Assembly: GCF_010367435.1 (NCBI RefSeq)
Contig: NZ_WJWY01000005.1
Location: 1-64,000 of the forward strand
DNA: 64,000 nucleotides
Source of the DNA: Fusobacterium sp. IOR10
GTDB lineage: Bacteria > Fusobacteriota > Fusobacteriia > Fusobacteriales > Fusobacteriaceae
Direction of reading: 5' to 3'
Every line of letters begins with the position of its first letter. The first letter of the stretch is position 1. Shown here piece after piece: positions 28,836-39,161 of this stretch. The position numbers and the translations under genes were made by a program. Under the pieces are notes generated by a model. It had not been told where the DNA came from, did no database searches, and saw nothing but the letters and a program-made list of their open reading frames with translations.

Positions 28836-29174
28836 CTCCCCATTGAAATTATTTGATTTTATCTATGATAACACATTTACACACTAAATTGCAACTTTTT
28901 TTACAATCATTATTTGTTTAATTTATTTTGTTTAAATTTATGTTTAAATTTTAGACTTTTTTAAACAAATTTTATAAAAAATTTTTTTATGTTCACTTTA
29001 AAAATGTTAATTTCCAAAAGTGAAATATACCCTGTAACCATCTAGGAGTAAAGTCTTTAATACCAACTGTTTGCAAAGGGAATAAAAAAAAATATAAAAA
29101 AACTATTGCAATTTTTTTTCTTTGCTGTACTATGGTCTGAATGATAAAAATTTTAAAAGGAAATGTGATGAAAA

Positions 29175-30503
29175 ATGACTAAAAAAATTGATTTAGAAAG
29201 GGACTCTATTTTTTCTCTTTTTGTGAAATTTGCCATACCTTCTATCATAAGTATGCTTGTAATTTCTTTGTATACTATTATAGATGGTATTTTTATTGCT
29301 AGAGGTGTGGGAAGTGCTGCTATGGCTGCTGTTAACATAGGATACCCTATTTTAACCCTAGGTACTTCTGTTAGTTTTATGCTTGGAATAGGTGGGGCAA
29401 CTTTAATTTCTTTTAAGAAGGATGATGTGGAATATCAAAACAAATGTTTTACCCACATTATATTCTTAAATTTAGTTATATATTTTTTCATTGCTCTTTT
29501 AGTCTTTAAATTTACAAATCCATTAATATATTTTCTTGGAGGTAACGATGAAATTTTACCTTTAATTAAAGGATATTTATATCCATGTACAGGGGCTGCA
29601 CTTTTTCTTATGTTATCCTTGTCATTAAATGCCATTGTTAGAAATGATGGTAACCCTAAAAAAGCAATGCTTTCAACTGTTATTGGGGCGTGTATAAACA
29701 TAGTTTTAGACTATATTTTTATTTTTAAATTTAATATGGGAATAGAAGGGGGAGCCACTGCCACTGCAATAAGTCAAATTGTGTCAGCTCTTTATCTTTT
29801 CACACATTTTATAGGTTCTACTTTTAAAATTGAGTTTAATAAAAAAATAGATTTTCATTTAACTAATTCTATAATTTTAATTGGATTTCCATCTTTTATG
29901 TTGGAATTTTCAGCTGGGGTTATTGCTATATTATTAAATATTGAATTTATGAAAATAGGAGGAGTTTTTGCTGCAGCATCATACAGCATTGTAGCTTATG
30001 CCTTTATGTTTTATAGAATGTTATTTTTAGGTCTTGCCCAAGCAGGACAACCAATTATAAGCTACAACTACGGGAAACAACATTTGGAAAAAATAAAGGA
30101 AGCCTTTAAAATAGCACATAAATTAACTTTTATTATTTCAATTGTTTCTCTAATAAGTGTATTTACTTTATCTGATAATATCATTGGTATATTTACAAAG
30201 GATCCAACTATGTTAGCTGCTTGCACTAGAGGTTTCATCCTTTATTCAATATCAATATCTTGTCTTGGATTTAATTGTATAAATATAGCTTACCTTCAAG
30301 CTATTAATGAGCCCCTTATATCAGTTATCCTTTCAATATCTAGAAGTTTTGGATTTGGTGCTGTGGCTTTCATTGTTTTCCCTGATATTTTAAGCATTGA
30401 TGGAGTATGGTTGAACTTGCCCTTTGCAGATTTTGCAACAAGTATAGCTAGTGTCCCTTTTCTTAAAAAATTTCTATCTATAAAAAAATATAAATTGAGC
30501 TAA
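29175..30503 (+). CDS. MATE family efflux transporter
   Basis: 442 aa, 12 TM; divergent from the ABC operon. Confidence 0.7.
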   Translation: MTKKIDLERDSIFSLFVKFAIPSIISMLVISLYTIIDGIFIARGVGSAAMAAVNIGYPILTLGTSVSFMLGIGGATLISFKKDDVEYQNKCFTHIIFLNLVIYFFIALLVFKFTNPLIYFLGGNDEILPLIKGYLYPCTGAALFLMLSLSLNAIVRNDGNPKKAMLSTVIGACINIVLDYIFIFKFNMGIEGGATATAISQIVSALYLFTHFIGSTFKIEFNKKIDFHLTNSIILIGFPSFMLEFSAGVIAILLNIEFMKIGGVFAAASYSIVAYAFMFYRMLFLGLAQAGQPIISYNYGKQHLEKIKEAFKIAHKLTFIISIVSLISVFTLSDNIIGIFTKDPTMLAACTRGFILYSISISCLGFNCINIAYLQAINEPLISVILSISRSFGFGAVAFIVFPDILSIDGVWLNLPFADFATSIASVPFLKKFLSIKKYKLS

Positions 30504-30572
30504 TGAAGGTTGACTTTTAAATAATTTAGTCGTATATTTAAGGTATAATGTAGTTAAAGGAGGAAGATAGAT

Positions 30573-30920
30573 ATGGCACAATATCATGAAGTTAATTTAA
30601 GTAGCAAAGTTAAAGATCAAGCTAGAGCTCTTAACAGTTTAAAAGAAGAAATTGAAGCTATTGACTGGTATAATCAAAGGGCAGATGTCTGCGGTGATAC
30701 TGAATTGAAATCCATTTTAGAACACAACAGAGATGAGGAAACAGAACACGCTGTAATGCTATTTGAATGGTTAAGGAGAAATATGCCTGCATTTGAAAAG
30801 GAAGCTGCAGACTATCTATTTACCAAGGGATCTCTTTTGGATTTAGAGTCACAAGCTGATGCTAAGGAAGAAGAACCAAAGGAAGAAAAGGAAGATTCTG
30901 ATAATATTTTTTTAAAGTAA
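30573..30920 (+). CDS. Encapsulated ferritin-like protein (EncFtn-type cargo) with acidic C-terminal tail
   Basis: 115 aa; EEIEAIDWYNQRA...EETEHAVM supplies a Glu/Glu/His (ExxH) di-iron site on a short helical protein. GSLLDLES near the C-terminus resembles an encapsulin targeting peptide. Ends 6 bp before the encapsulin gene. Confidence 0.6.
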   Translation: MAQYHEVNLSSKVKDQARALNSLKEEIEAIDWYNQRADVCGDTELKSILEHNRDEETEHAVMLFEWLRRNMPAFEKEAADYLFTKGSLLDLESQADAKEEEPKEEKEDSDNIFLK

Positions 30921-30926
30921 AGGAGA

Positions 30927-31706
30927 GTGTTTATGAATAATCTAAATAAAAATATGGCCCCAATATCTGATAAAGCTTGGGAAGTTTTAAATGAAAGAAC
31001 AAAGGAAATTTTATTAAAAGTTATCTCTGCTAGAAAATTTATGAGTATTAAAAATGTAGGTGATTCAAAGGGAATATTTACAGGAAAAATAAATATAAAA
31101 AAAGCAAATGATACAGAATATGGAGTTTACCATGTGTTGCCATTAATTGAAACTAGATTTAACTTTACTTTAAACAGATGGGAACTTGATAATCTAAATA
31201 GAGGAGATACTAATATAGATTTAGATAATCTTGATAAGGCAGTATTTGAATCTGGTAAATTTGAAGAAGAATTAATATACAAGGGACTAGATAATATTAA
31301 AGGATTGCTTGATTCTTGTAATAATCCTCCAATGAAAATAGGAGACACTCCAAAGGAAATTTTAACAAATATATCCAAAGCTATTATAGTACTTAAGGAT
31401 AAATACAGTTCTGACACTTTGGACTTAGTAGTTAACTATGATACTTGGGTTAAATTAAATTCCATAGAAAGTCATATTCCCCTTGTAAAAAGAATAAAAG
31501 AACTTATACAAGGAGATATTATAATAAGTAAGTTTATTCCAAAAACAATTTTAATTCCACATAAAAATGAGAATTTTGAAATTTCTGTGGGAAATGATTT
31601 TTCAATAGGTTACCAAAATCACACAAGTAGAGAAGTTACTTTATTTATAACTGAAAGTCTTGTGTTTAGAATCTTAGATAAGGATTTGTTCATTATCTTA
31701 GAATAA
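30927..31706 (+). CDS. Family 1 encapsulin nanocompartment shell protein (linocin M18-like)
   Basis: 259 aa; aligns by eye along its whole length with T. maritima encapsulin (APISDKAWEVLNERTKEI... ; ...LPLIETRFNFTLNRWELDNLNRGDTNIDL... ; ...DFSIGYQNHTSREVTLFITESLVFRIL). Confidence 0.85.
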   Translation: MFMNNLNKNMAPISDKAWEVLNERTKEILLKVISARKFMSIKNVGDSKGIFTGKINIKKANDTEYGVYHVLPLIETRFNFTLNRWELDNLNRGDTNIDLDNLDKAVFESGKFEEELIYKGLDNIKGLLDSCNNPPMKIGDTPKEILTNISKAIIVLKDKYSSDTLDLVVNYDTWVKLNSIESHIPLVKRIKELIQGDIIISKFIPKTILIPHKNENFEISVGNDFSIGYQNHTSREVTLFITESLVFRILDKDLFIILE

Positions 31707-31724
31707 TAATAAATAATATTAAAA

Positions 31725-31753
31725 TTAAAAATGCCGTTTAACGGCATTTTTAA
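31725..31753. terminator. Bidirectional Rho-independent terminator
   Basis: aaaaatgccgtt-ta-aacggcattttt between convergent encapsulin and phoU genes. Confidence 0.6.
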
Positions 31754-32433
31754 TTTTCCTTTTCTAATAATTCCTTTTTCCTTAAATTTTCACCCTTTAA
31801 AATATATACTAAATCTATAACCAAATGAATAATATGATCTGCAAATCTTTCATATTTTTTTGTAAGTATAACACCCTTTATAAGGCTATCTATATTATCA
31901 TTATTTTCCCTCATACAATTACCCATTTCACTCATTATCCTATTAGCTTCCCTATTAATTTTTTCATCAGCAACTATTAGTTCATAGAGTAAAGTTTCAT
32001 TTCCATTTATAAAAGAAGAAATATAAACCTCGTAAACATTTTTTATTTCCTTAATATATGGACACAGTACCCTATTAACATCCTCTGCTAACTGGGGAGA
32101 TTCCTCATTTATTTCCTTTAATATTTTAATATTCTTTTTTAAAATATCTCCCATTCTTTCAATTAACCTTCCCCCGTCAATTAACATAACTAATTCCCTT
32201 AAATTTTTTGCAGCTGGTTGAAATCTAGCTATGGCTATTATTGAATTTTCCTTTAAACTAACTTCAAAGGCATTTATAATATCTTCCACAACTAAACACT
32301 CTCCATATAAACTAGATATATTTTTTCCCCCTTGAACCATCTCTATGTTTATATCTAACATCCTATTTAAATTTTTTAACATTTCCAAATAATGCTCATT
32401 TAAATTTTTTAAATTTTCTTGCAGATTCTTCAT
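31750..32433 (-). CDS. phoU: PhoU-family phosphate signalling regulator
   Basis: 227 aa; two PhoU repeats (...LIERMGDILKKNI... and ...ERFADHIIHLV...). Last gene of the pst operon. Confidence 0.75.
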   Translation of the reverse strand: MKNLQENLKNLNEHYLEMLKNLNRMLDINIEMVQGGKNISSLYGECLVVEDIINAFEVSLKENSIIAIARFQPAAKNLRELVMLIDGGRLIERMGDILKKNIKILKEINEESPQLAEDVNRVLCPYIKEIKNVYEVYISSFINGNETLLYELIVADEKINREANRIMSEMGNCMRENNDNIDSLIKGVILTKKYERFADHIIHLVIDLVYILKGENLRKKELLEKEN

Positions 32434-32454
32434 ATTTCTCCTCCTAATTATTTA

Positions 32455-33204
32455 TCAAAATTTTCCTGTAATATAGTCCTCTGTTTTTTTGTTATTTGGT
32501 GCTGTGAATATTATTTCTGTTTTATCAAACTCCTCTAAATTCCCTTGATAGAAAAATCCTGTATATTCTGATATTCTTGAAGCTTGTTGCATATTGTGAG
32601 TTACAATAACTATTGTATAATCCTTAGATAACTTTCTAATTAACTCCTCTATTTTTGTTGTGGATATTGGATCTAAGGCTGAAGTTGGCTCATCCATTAA
32701 TAAAATCTCTGGTTTAATTGATATTGCCCTTGCTATACAAAGTCTTTGTTGTTGACCCCCTGATAATTTCAATGCAGATTCATGTAGCTTATCCTTAACC
32801 TCATCCCACAGGGCAACCTCTTTAAGGGAATTTTCCACAATTTCATCTAAAACCTTCTTATTTTTTTCCCCATGAAGAATAGGTGCGTAAGTTATATTTT
32901 CATATATACTCTTTGGAAATGGATTTGGTTTTTGAAATACCATTCCAACTTTTTTCCTAAGTTCTGTTACATTAAAATCCCTGTCTAAAATGTTTTCCCT
33001 GTCTAAAAATATTTTTCCCTCATATTTAATATCTAAAATAAGGTCATTCATTCTATTAATAGACCTTAAAAATGTTGATTTCCCACAACCTGAAGGACCA
33101 ATTAAAGCTGTAACTTTTTTTTCTTGTATCTTCATACTTATATCCTTTATTGCTTGAAACTTTCCATAATAAAAATTAAAGTTTTCTATTGTTATTCTAT
33201 CCAT
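32455..33204 (-). CDS. pstB: Phosphate ABC transporter ATP-binding protein
   Basis: 249 aa; the [25 protein letters not shown]-terminus is diagnostic of PstB; Walker [18 protein letters not shown]. Confidence 0.9.
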   Translation of the reverse strand: MDRITIENFNFYYGKFQAIKDISMKIQEKKVTALIGPSGCGKSTFLRSINRMNDLILDIKYEGKIFLDRENILDRDFNVTELRKKVGMVFQKPNPFPKSIYENITYAPILHGEKNKKVLDEIVENSLKEVALWDEVKDKLHESALKLSGGQQQRLCIARAISIKPEILLMDEPTSALDPISTTKIEELIRKLSKDYTIVIVTHNMQQASRISEYTGFFYQGNLEEFDKTEIIFTAPNNKKTEDYITGKF

Positions 33205-33205
33205 T

Positions 33206-34054
33206 TTATTCTCCTTTATTTTTATAAATATTTCTAATAAATGCCCCTAACAAATTAAATCCAACTGTTATAAACACAAGTACAAACAAGGTTCCATACA
33301 TATTTGAAAGGGGCATGTTTGGTACTTGAGTTGAAATTACAAATAAATGATATGGTAGAGCCATTACCTTATCTAGCACTCCAGTTGGTAGGAAAGGAAA
33401 ATAAAAGGCAACTGCTGTAAACATTATTGGAGCAGTTTCCCCTGCTGCCCTTGAAATACTAAGTATTATCCCTGTTAAAATTCCAGGACTTGCTGCTGGT
33501 AAAACAACTTTCATTGTTGTTTCCCATTTAGTTGCACCTAGTGCTAGGGATGCTTCCCTTAAACTATTTGGAACATTTAATAGAGCCTCTCTCACTGCAG
33601 TTATAATAACTGGCAAGCACATTATTCCAAGAGTTAAAGATCCTGATAAAATAGATGATCCAAAGTTTAAAAAGATTACAAATAGGGCCATTCCAAAAAG
33701 ACCATATATTATACTTGGAATTCCAGCTAAATTAATAATTGTTAAATTTATAAATCTTTTAAGTAAACTTTCCCTAGCATATTCAACTAAATATATACCT
33801 GTAAATATCCCAAAGGGAACAGCAAATATAATTGTTCCAAGGGTTAAATATATAGTTCCAACTATTGCAGGAAATATTCCCCCTTCCCTCATTCCATTTG
33901 TTGGCATACTAAATATAAAATCAAAGTTAATAGCTGACACACCCTTTACAGTAATAAAGAAAAGAATTAATATTACTGGAACTATTGAAAGTAACCCAAT
34001 AGCATTTATAAACACTTTAAAAACTTTTTCCCCTGTATCCTTTATAATTATCAT
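33206..34054 (-). CDS. pstA: Phosphate ABC transporter permease PstA
   Basis: 282 aa permease with an EAA-like loop (...[20 protein letters not shown]...). Confidence 0.85.
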   Translation of the reverse strand: MIIIKDTGEKVFKVFINAIGLLSIVPVILILFFITVKGVSAINFDFIFSMPTNGMREGGIFPAIVGTIYLTLGTIIFAVPFGIFTGIYLVEYARESLLKRFINLTIINLAGIPSIIYGLFGMALFVIFLNFGSSILSGSLTLGIMCLPVIITAVREALLNVPNSLREASLALGATKWETTMKVVLPAASPGILTGIILSISRAAGETAPIMFTAVAFYFPFLPTGVLDKVMALPYHLFVISTQVPNMPLSNMYGTLFVLVFITVGFNLLGAFIRNIYKNKGE

Positions 34055-34079
34055 ATTTACCTCACTTTTTAATAGATGT

Positions 34080-34958
34080 CTAATTTCTTAATTTTCTAGA
34101 TTTTGTAACATAATGTTCTGCTAAAGTATTTGTAATAAAACTTATTATAAATAGCACAATTCCAATTGCAAATAAAGCATAGTAGTGGGAACTATCTTTA
34201 ACTACTTCTCCCATTTCTGCTGCAATTGTCGCTGTTAAAGTTCTAACAGATGACAGGGGACTTTTTGCTATTATTGGAGCGTTTCCTGTAATCATTAAAA
34301 CAGTTAGTGTTTCTCCAACTATCCTACCAAAGCCAAGCATTATACCTGCAAGTATTCCTGGAAAGGCAGCTGGAACTAAAACATTAAATATAGTTTCTGT
34401 TTTACTTGCTCCAAGGGCAAGAGATGCCTCTTTATAGGAAATATCATTGGCATTTAAAGAATCTTCAGTCATTGAAACTATTGTGGGAAAGGCCATGAAA
34501 GCAAGCATTATCCCCCCTGTTAAAGCAGTTAAACCACTGTTTAGGGAAAACATTCTCTTTATAGGACCAGATAAAATATACAGTCCTATGAAACCTAGTA
34601 CAACAGATGGTATAGCTGACATAACTTCTATTATTATTTTCATCATTGATTTAATCCTTTTGGGAGCATACTCTGCAATATATATAGCTATTAGTATTCC
34701 AAGGGGCACTGAAATTATAACTGCAATAATAGTTACCCAAAAAGTTCCTACTAATAATGGAATAAAACCAAACTTACCTGAAAGGGATATCCAGCTTCTT
34801 CCAAATAAAAAATCAGATACACTATAACCTGTAAAAAATTTTGATCCATTAATAAATATAAATAAAAACATTGCAAATATTATTACAATATTTAATATTC
34901 CCATTCCCAAAAGGAATTTTTTCATGATCTTATCCTTTAACCTTCTTATTTCATTCAT
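34080..34958 (-). CDS. pstC: Phosphate ABC transporter permease PstC
   Basis: 292 aa permease (...[20 protein letters not shown]...). Confidence 0.85.
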   Translation of the reverse strand: MNEIRRLKDKIMKKFLLGMGILNIVIIFAMFLFIFINGSKFFTGYSVSDFLFGRSWISLSGKFGFIPLLVGTFWVTIIAVIISVPLGILIAIYIAEYAPKRIKSMMKIIIEVMSAIPSVVLGFIGLYILSGPIKRMFSLNSGLTALTGGIMLAFMAFPTIVSMTEDSLNANDISYKEASLALGASKTETIFNVLVPAAFPGILAGIMLGFGRIVGETLTVLMITGNAPIIAKSPLSSVRTLTATIAAEMGEVVKDSSHYYALFAIGIVLFIISFITNTLAEHYVTKSRKLRN

Positions 34959-35146
34959 TTTTCACCTCTACATTATTTTATATTTTATTTACGTCATTAT
35001 ATATCTCCTTTGTTAATTTAATATTAACCTAATGTAAATTTTGTGTTAAATGTTATTTACATAAACTTTACTCTATTTTCATAGGCTTTTAACAAGAAAA
35101 TATTATAGTTGTAATATGAAAAACAAAATATAACTTAGGAGGAAAT

Positions 35147-35995
35147 ATGAAAATTAAAAAAAGAAATTTATTAGGTGTTTGCTTAGTTATGGGAGCATTA
35201 GTTACAGGGTGTGGAGGAAAAAAATCAACAATTATAGAATTAAAGGGATCTGATACAATACTTAATGTATCACAAGGAATAGCTGAAAAATATATGAAAA
35301 CTCATCCTAATACTAAGATAGCAGTTACTGGTGGAGGATCTGGAGTTGGAATATCAGCATTACTTAATAAAACAACTGATATAGCAATGGCATCTAGAAG
35401 TATGAAAGGTAAAGAGTATGACCAAGCAAAGAAGGAAAATTTAAACATTAAAGAAATTGTTCTTGCATATGATGGAATAACAGTAATAGTAAATAATGAT
35501 AATCCTATTAAAGAAATTGATTCAAAGGAACTTGGGGAAATATTTAGAGGAGAAATTACAAACTGGAAGGATGTTGGAGGAAATGACAGTCCAATAGTAG
35601 TTTTATCTAGAGACTCTTCATCTGGAACTCATGAATTCTTTAAGGAACATATTATAAGAGAAGGTAAGAAAAACAGTATGGAATATGGGCCTAAAACTTT
35701 ATATGCACCTTCTAACCAAGCTATTAAACAAGAAGTAAAAAGTAATGGAAATGCAATTGGTTACATAGGTATGGGTTACATGGATACTACAGTTCACTCT
35801 TTAGCAGTTGATGGAATAACTCCATCTGTTAAAAATGTTTCTAATAAATCATATCCAATAGCTAGAGCAGTATACTGGTATGTACCTACAGCTTCAGATA
35901 AAGAAACTGAAATTAATGAACTTGTTGATTTTGCAACTTCTAAGGATGGACAAGAAATTGTGAAAAAAGAAGGATTTATACCTAAGGGATTATAA
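35147..35995 (+). CDS. pstS: Phosphate ABC transporter substrate-binding lipoprotein
   Basis: 282 aa; lipobox VTGC; GSDT...TGGGSGVG...SRDSSSGT motifs of PstS/PBP. Confidence 0.85.
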   Translation: MKIKKRNLLGVCLVMGALVTGCGGKKSTIIELKGSDTILNVSQGIAEKYMKTHPNTKIAVTGGGSGVGISALLNKTTDIAMASRSMKGKEYDQAKKENLNIKEIVLAYDGITVIVNNDNPIKEIDSKELGEIFRGEITNWKDVGGNDSPIVVLSRDSSSGTHEFFKEHIIREGKKNSMEYGPKTLYAPSNQAIKQEVKSNGNAIGYIGMGYMDTTVHSLAVDGITPSVKNVSNKSYPIARAVYWYVPTASDKETEINELVDFATSKDGQEIVKKEGFIPKGL

Positions 35996-36036
35996 TCTTG
36001 TGGTATAATTAAAGAAAAAAACAAGGAGACTTTCTT

Positions 36037-36714
36037 ATGAAAATACTAATTATTGAGGATGACTTGGAAATACAAAATTTAATATATTACTTTTTAAAAA
36101 AGGAAAACTTCCAAGTTGATAAAACATCAAATGGACTAGAAGGATTGAAATTATTAAAGGACAATCATTATGATGCTATAATTTTGGATTTAATGATCCC
36201 TGGAATAGATGGAACTAATTTTACTAAAATAATAAAAACACTTCCAGAGGATTATGGTCATCCTAAAATAATTATGGTAACTGCTAAAACTGACATTGAT
36301 GATGTTTTAACAGGTCTTGAAATAGGAGCTGATGATTACCTAAAAAAACCATTTGACCCTAGAGAGCTAGTACTTAGAACAAAGAAACTCCTTAAATCAG
36401 CTGATGATCATTTAAATGACAATATTATATTTAAGGATATTGTTATTAAATCAAAGGAACATATTGTTATTTCTGAGGAACATGAAATAGAGCTTTCTAA
36501 AAAAGAATATGATTTACTTAGTTTTCTTATACAAAATAAAAATTTAGTTATAACAAGGGAAAAAATATTAGATAATATTTGGAAAAGTAATTATTACCCT
36601 GGGGATAGAACTGTTGATGTTTACATTTCTAAACTCAGGGATAAACTTCCTACTTTTTCAAAATACATAAAAACTGTGAAAGGAGTTGGTTATAAATTAG
36701 AAGAAAAGAAATAA
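36037..36714 (+). CDS. OmpR/PhoB-family response regulator
   Basis: 225 aa; receiver domain (MKILIIEDD...DAIILDLMIPG) plus winged-helix effector domain. Adjacent to pst. Confidence 0.85.
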   Translation: MKILIIEDDLEIQNLIYYFLKKENFQVDKTSNGLEGLKLLKDNHYDAIILDLMIPGIDGTNFTKIIKTLPEDYGHPKIIMVTAKTDIDDVLTGLEIGADDYLKKPFDPRELVLRTKKLLKSADDHLNDNIIFKDIVIKSKEHIVISEEHEIELSKKEYDLLSFLIQNKNLVITREKILDNIWKSNYYPGDRTVDVYISKLRDKLPTFSKYIKTVKGVGYKLEEKK

Positions 36715-38381
36715 TTACATTAATTGTCATTTTATTTTTACAACTGATTTTTGTTTTTTTTAATTCTGAAATTTTATCCAATCTCTATAAAAATATTGAA
36801 AAACAAAATTTACAAAAGGATGCTTTTCTTATAAAAACAATTGCTGAAAAAAATCCCTATGAAAGTTATACTAGCTTATTTAATAAATCTAAAATTCGTT
36901 TCACCCTTATAAATAATGAGGGAACTGTAATTTATGATTCTAAAAACAAAGACAATGAACATTTTATGGATAATCACAGAAACAGAGAAGAAATAAAAGA
37001 AGCTATCACCCTAGGAGAAGGATTTTCCATTAGAAAAAGCAAAACCCTAGGTTTAAACTATGCCTATTACGCCCTTAGATTTAAAAATATTAATAATGAA
37101 TTCTATATTTTAAGAACCTCAGGGGACTATAGCAAACAGCTGTATCAACTGAAACTATTTTCAGGAATATTAATAATATTTTTCCTTATTTTAAATTTTT
37201 CAGTTCATTTTTTCTATAAGAACTATATTAAAAGGGATTTCTACAATAAAATAAATAAAATGAAAACTTTTTTAATACACGGGGAAAAACTAAATTCAAA
37301 AACATTAAAGGATGAAGCTTGGCTACTTGAATTTTGGAATGTATTAAAGGAATGGCAGCATATAAATTTGGAAAATATAGCAAGCTTGGACATTGAAAGA
37401 AAGATTTTAAATAATGTTATTACATCTGTGGATTCCTTCATTGGATTAATTGATGAAAATGGTGATTTTATTATTAAAAATGACTCTCTAGATTATTTAA
37501 TATTAAAGGGGAAGGATAAGTATTTAGAAGCTGTTAAGTACATTGAAATTGTTAATATTATAAAGGAAAGTTTAAGCACAAAGAAAAACATTTCAAAGGA
37601 AGTATACATTCTTCCTATTAAAGAATACTTTATTGTATCTGTTAAAAATATTAAAAATGAAAATAGATTTTTAATTACTATAAAAAATATAACCAAAACA
37701 AAAAAGACAATTGAATTTCAAAAGAAGTTCATTAATAATGTTGGACATGAATTAAAAACCCCTTTAACAAATATAAAGGGATATTTAATAGCCCTAGAGG
37801 ATGCACCTGAAAACATGAAGGGGGAATTTTTAGAAACTGTTAATCACAATGTTAATAAATTGGAAAACATTATTTCTGATTTCTTAAATATATCTAAAAT
37901 TGAAAATTATCCCTCTTTAAATTTAAGGGTTTTTTCTGTTGAAGATTTGGAAAAGTCCCTTAGGAAATCATTGCACATGATAATACTAAATAAAAATGCA
38001 AAGGTTTCATTTAATGTCCAAAACGGCTTAATTAATATTGTAAGTGACTTTGAGAAACTTAATACTATTTTAAAAAATCTAGTGGAAAACAGCATTCTAT
38101 ACAATAATTCTAAAATTCCACACAGTGAAATATTCCTAAAAGAAAGTTATACTCACTATGTACTTGAAATAAAAGATAATGGTATTGGAATACCTAGAAA
38201 TAAATTAAATAAAATATTTGATAGATTCTACAGGGTTGATAAGGCTAGAACCACTAATTTAGGTGGAACTGGTCTTGGCCTTTCAATAGTTAAGGCTCTT
38301 GTTGAACAATTAAATGGTGAAATTTCTGTAATATCTGAGGAAAATAAAGGATCCACATTTAAAATAGAAATAAAAAAATAA
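36714..38381 (+). CDS. PhoR-like sensor histidine kinase (start codon uncertain; the frame is open from the response-regulator stop)
   Basis: The track calls M at 36966, but the same frame is open back to 36696 and encodes TM1 (ITLIVILFLQLIFVFF), a sensor domain and TM2 before that Met. H-box NVGHELKTPL, then the N, G1 (DNGIGIP) and G2 (GGTGLGLSIV) boxes. No ATG/GTG/TTG lies upstream, so it must use ATT/ATA/CTG or contain a sequencing frameshift. Confidence 0.7.
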   Translation: MTLIVILFLQLIFVFFNSEILSNLYKNIEKQNLQKDAFLIKTIAEKNPYESYTSLFNKSKIRFTLINNEGTVIYDSKNKDNEHFMDNHRNREEIKEAITLGEGFSIRKSKTLGLNYAYYALRFKNINNEFYILRTSGDYSKQLYQLKLFSGILIIFFLILNFSVHFFYKNYIKRDFYNKINKMKTFLIHGEKLNSKTLKDEAWLLEFWNVLKEWQHINLENIASLDIERKILNNVITSVDSFIGLIDENGDFIIKNDSLDYLILKGKDKYLEAVKYIEIVNIIKESLSTKKNISKEVYILPIKEYFIVSVKNIKNENRFLITIKNITKTKKTIEFQKKFINNVGHELKTPLTNIKGYLIALEDAPENMKGEFLETVNHNVNKLENIISDFLNISKIENYPSLNLRVFSVEDLEKSLRKSLHMIILNKNAKVSFNVQNGLINIVSDFEKLNTILKNLVENSILYNNSKIPHSEIFLKESYTHYVLEIKDNGIGIPRNKLNKIFDRFYRVDKARTTNLGGTGLGLSIVKALVEQLNGEISVISEENKGSTFKIEIKK

Positions 38382-38446
38382 AATTTAAACTCCCAACTAA
38401 AATTATGTTATAATTCATATAATTATAATAAAAGGGAGACAAGTTA

Positions 38447-39136
38447 ATGAATAAAGAATATTCTGTAATATTTAATTTAGATAAACAAAATAACATGAGA
38501 AATTTTTTCTTAAATGTTCTAGTTCCATATGGAAAAATAACTTCCTATGAAAAACAAAATATTTTATCCATTGATGTTGTAGACTCACTGTACATAGTTG
38601 TATCTGGAGAGGTTCAAATTTCTCTATGTGAAGAAAATGGTGATGAGCAACTTATTTACACCCTATGCCCTGGGGAAATTTTAGGTGAGTTTGAGATTTT
38701 TTCTCAAATACCTGAAAGTTATAATCTATATTTTATCACTGATGTTAAAATATGTAAAATTAATAAAAATGAAATAGATAAAATTCTTCTAGATCATCCT
38801 AATTATTATCCATACTTTATACACAGTATGTCTAGAAAATATCATCTAGCTCTTTTTCAAATGAGCTTTAATAAATTTTATGTTAATGAAGAAAGAATAT
38901 TGGAGTTTTTAATTAGAATAGCTGTTATTAGAGAGCCTAATAAAGAAGAGAATGTGGAAGTGTTGGGATACACCCATGAAAATATTGGAAATGCATTGAA
39001 TATTTCAAGAATAGGAGTTACTAAAATCTTAACAAAGCTACAGGAAAAAAATCTAATTGTAACAAAAAGAAAGCTTATAAAAATTTTATCTGTTCCTAAA
39101 TTAATAAACTATAGAAAGAGTGTAAAAAAATCTTAA
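38447..39136 (+). CDS. Crp/Fnr-family transcriptional regulator
   Basis: 229 aa; cNMP-binding beta-roll (...GEILGEFEIF...) and C-terminal HTH (...IGNALNISRIGVTKIL...). Confidence 0.55.
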   Translation: MNKEYSVIFNLDKQNNMRNFFLNVLVPYGKITSYEKQNILSIDVVDSLYIVVSGEVQISLCEENGDEQLIYTLCPGEILGEFEIFSQIPESYNLYFITDVKICKINKNEIDKILLDHPNYYPYFIHSMSRKYHLALFQMSFNKFYVNEERILEFLIRIAVIREPNKEENVEVLGYTHENIGNALNISRIGVTKILTKLQEKNLIVTKRKLIKILSVPKLINYRKSVKKS

Positions 39137-39161
39137 ATTTTACACTCTTTCTTATTTTAGT

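Noticed and set aside
28836-29174. Possible T-box or other riboswitch leader in the 340-bp region upstream of the SBP/ABC operon (TrpXYZ-type systems are T-box regulated in streptococci)
   Set aside because: I could not find the T-box consensus (AATTAGGGTGGNACCGCG / its complement) or a specifier-loop architecture. The region is simply AT-rich divergent promoter DNA shared with the MATE gene.
30850-30920. Acidic EEEPKEEKEDSD tail of the EncFtn-like protein as a separate small ORF or frameshifted fusion
   Set aside because: It is continuous in frame with the ferritin-like domain and terminates cleanly 6 bp before the encapsulin start. It is treated as a native C-terminal tail.
34447-34827. 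126-aa + strand ORF inside pstC
   Set aside because: Antisense to a conserved permease gene; a typical shadow ORF.
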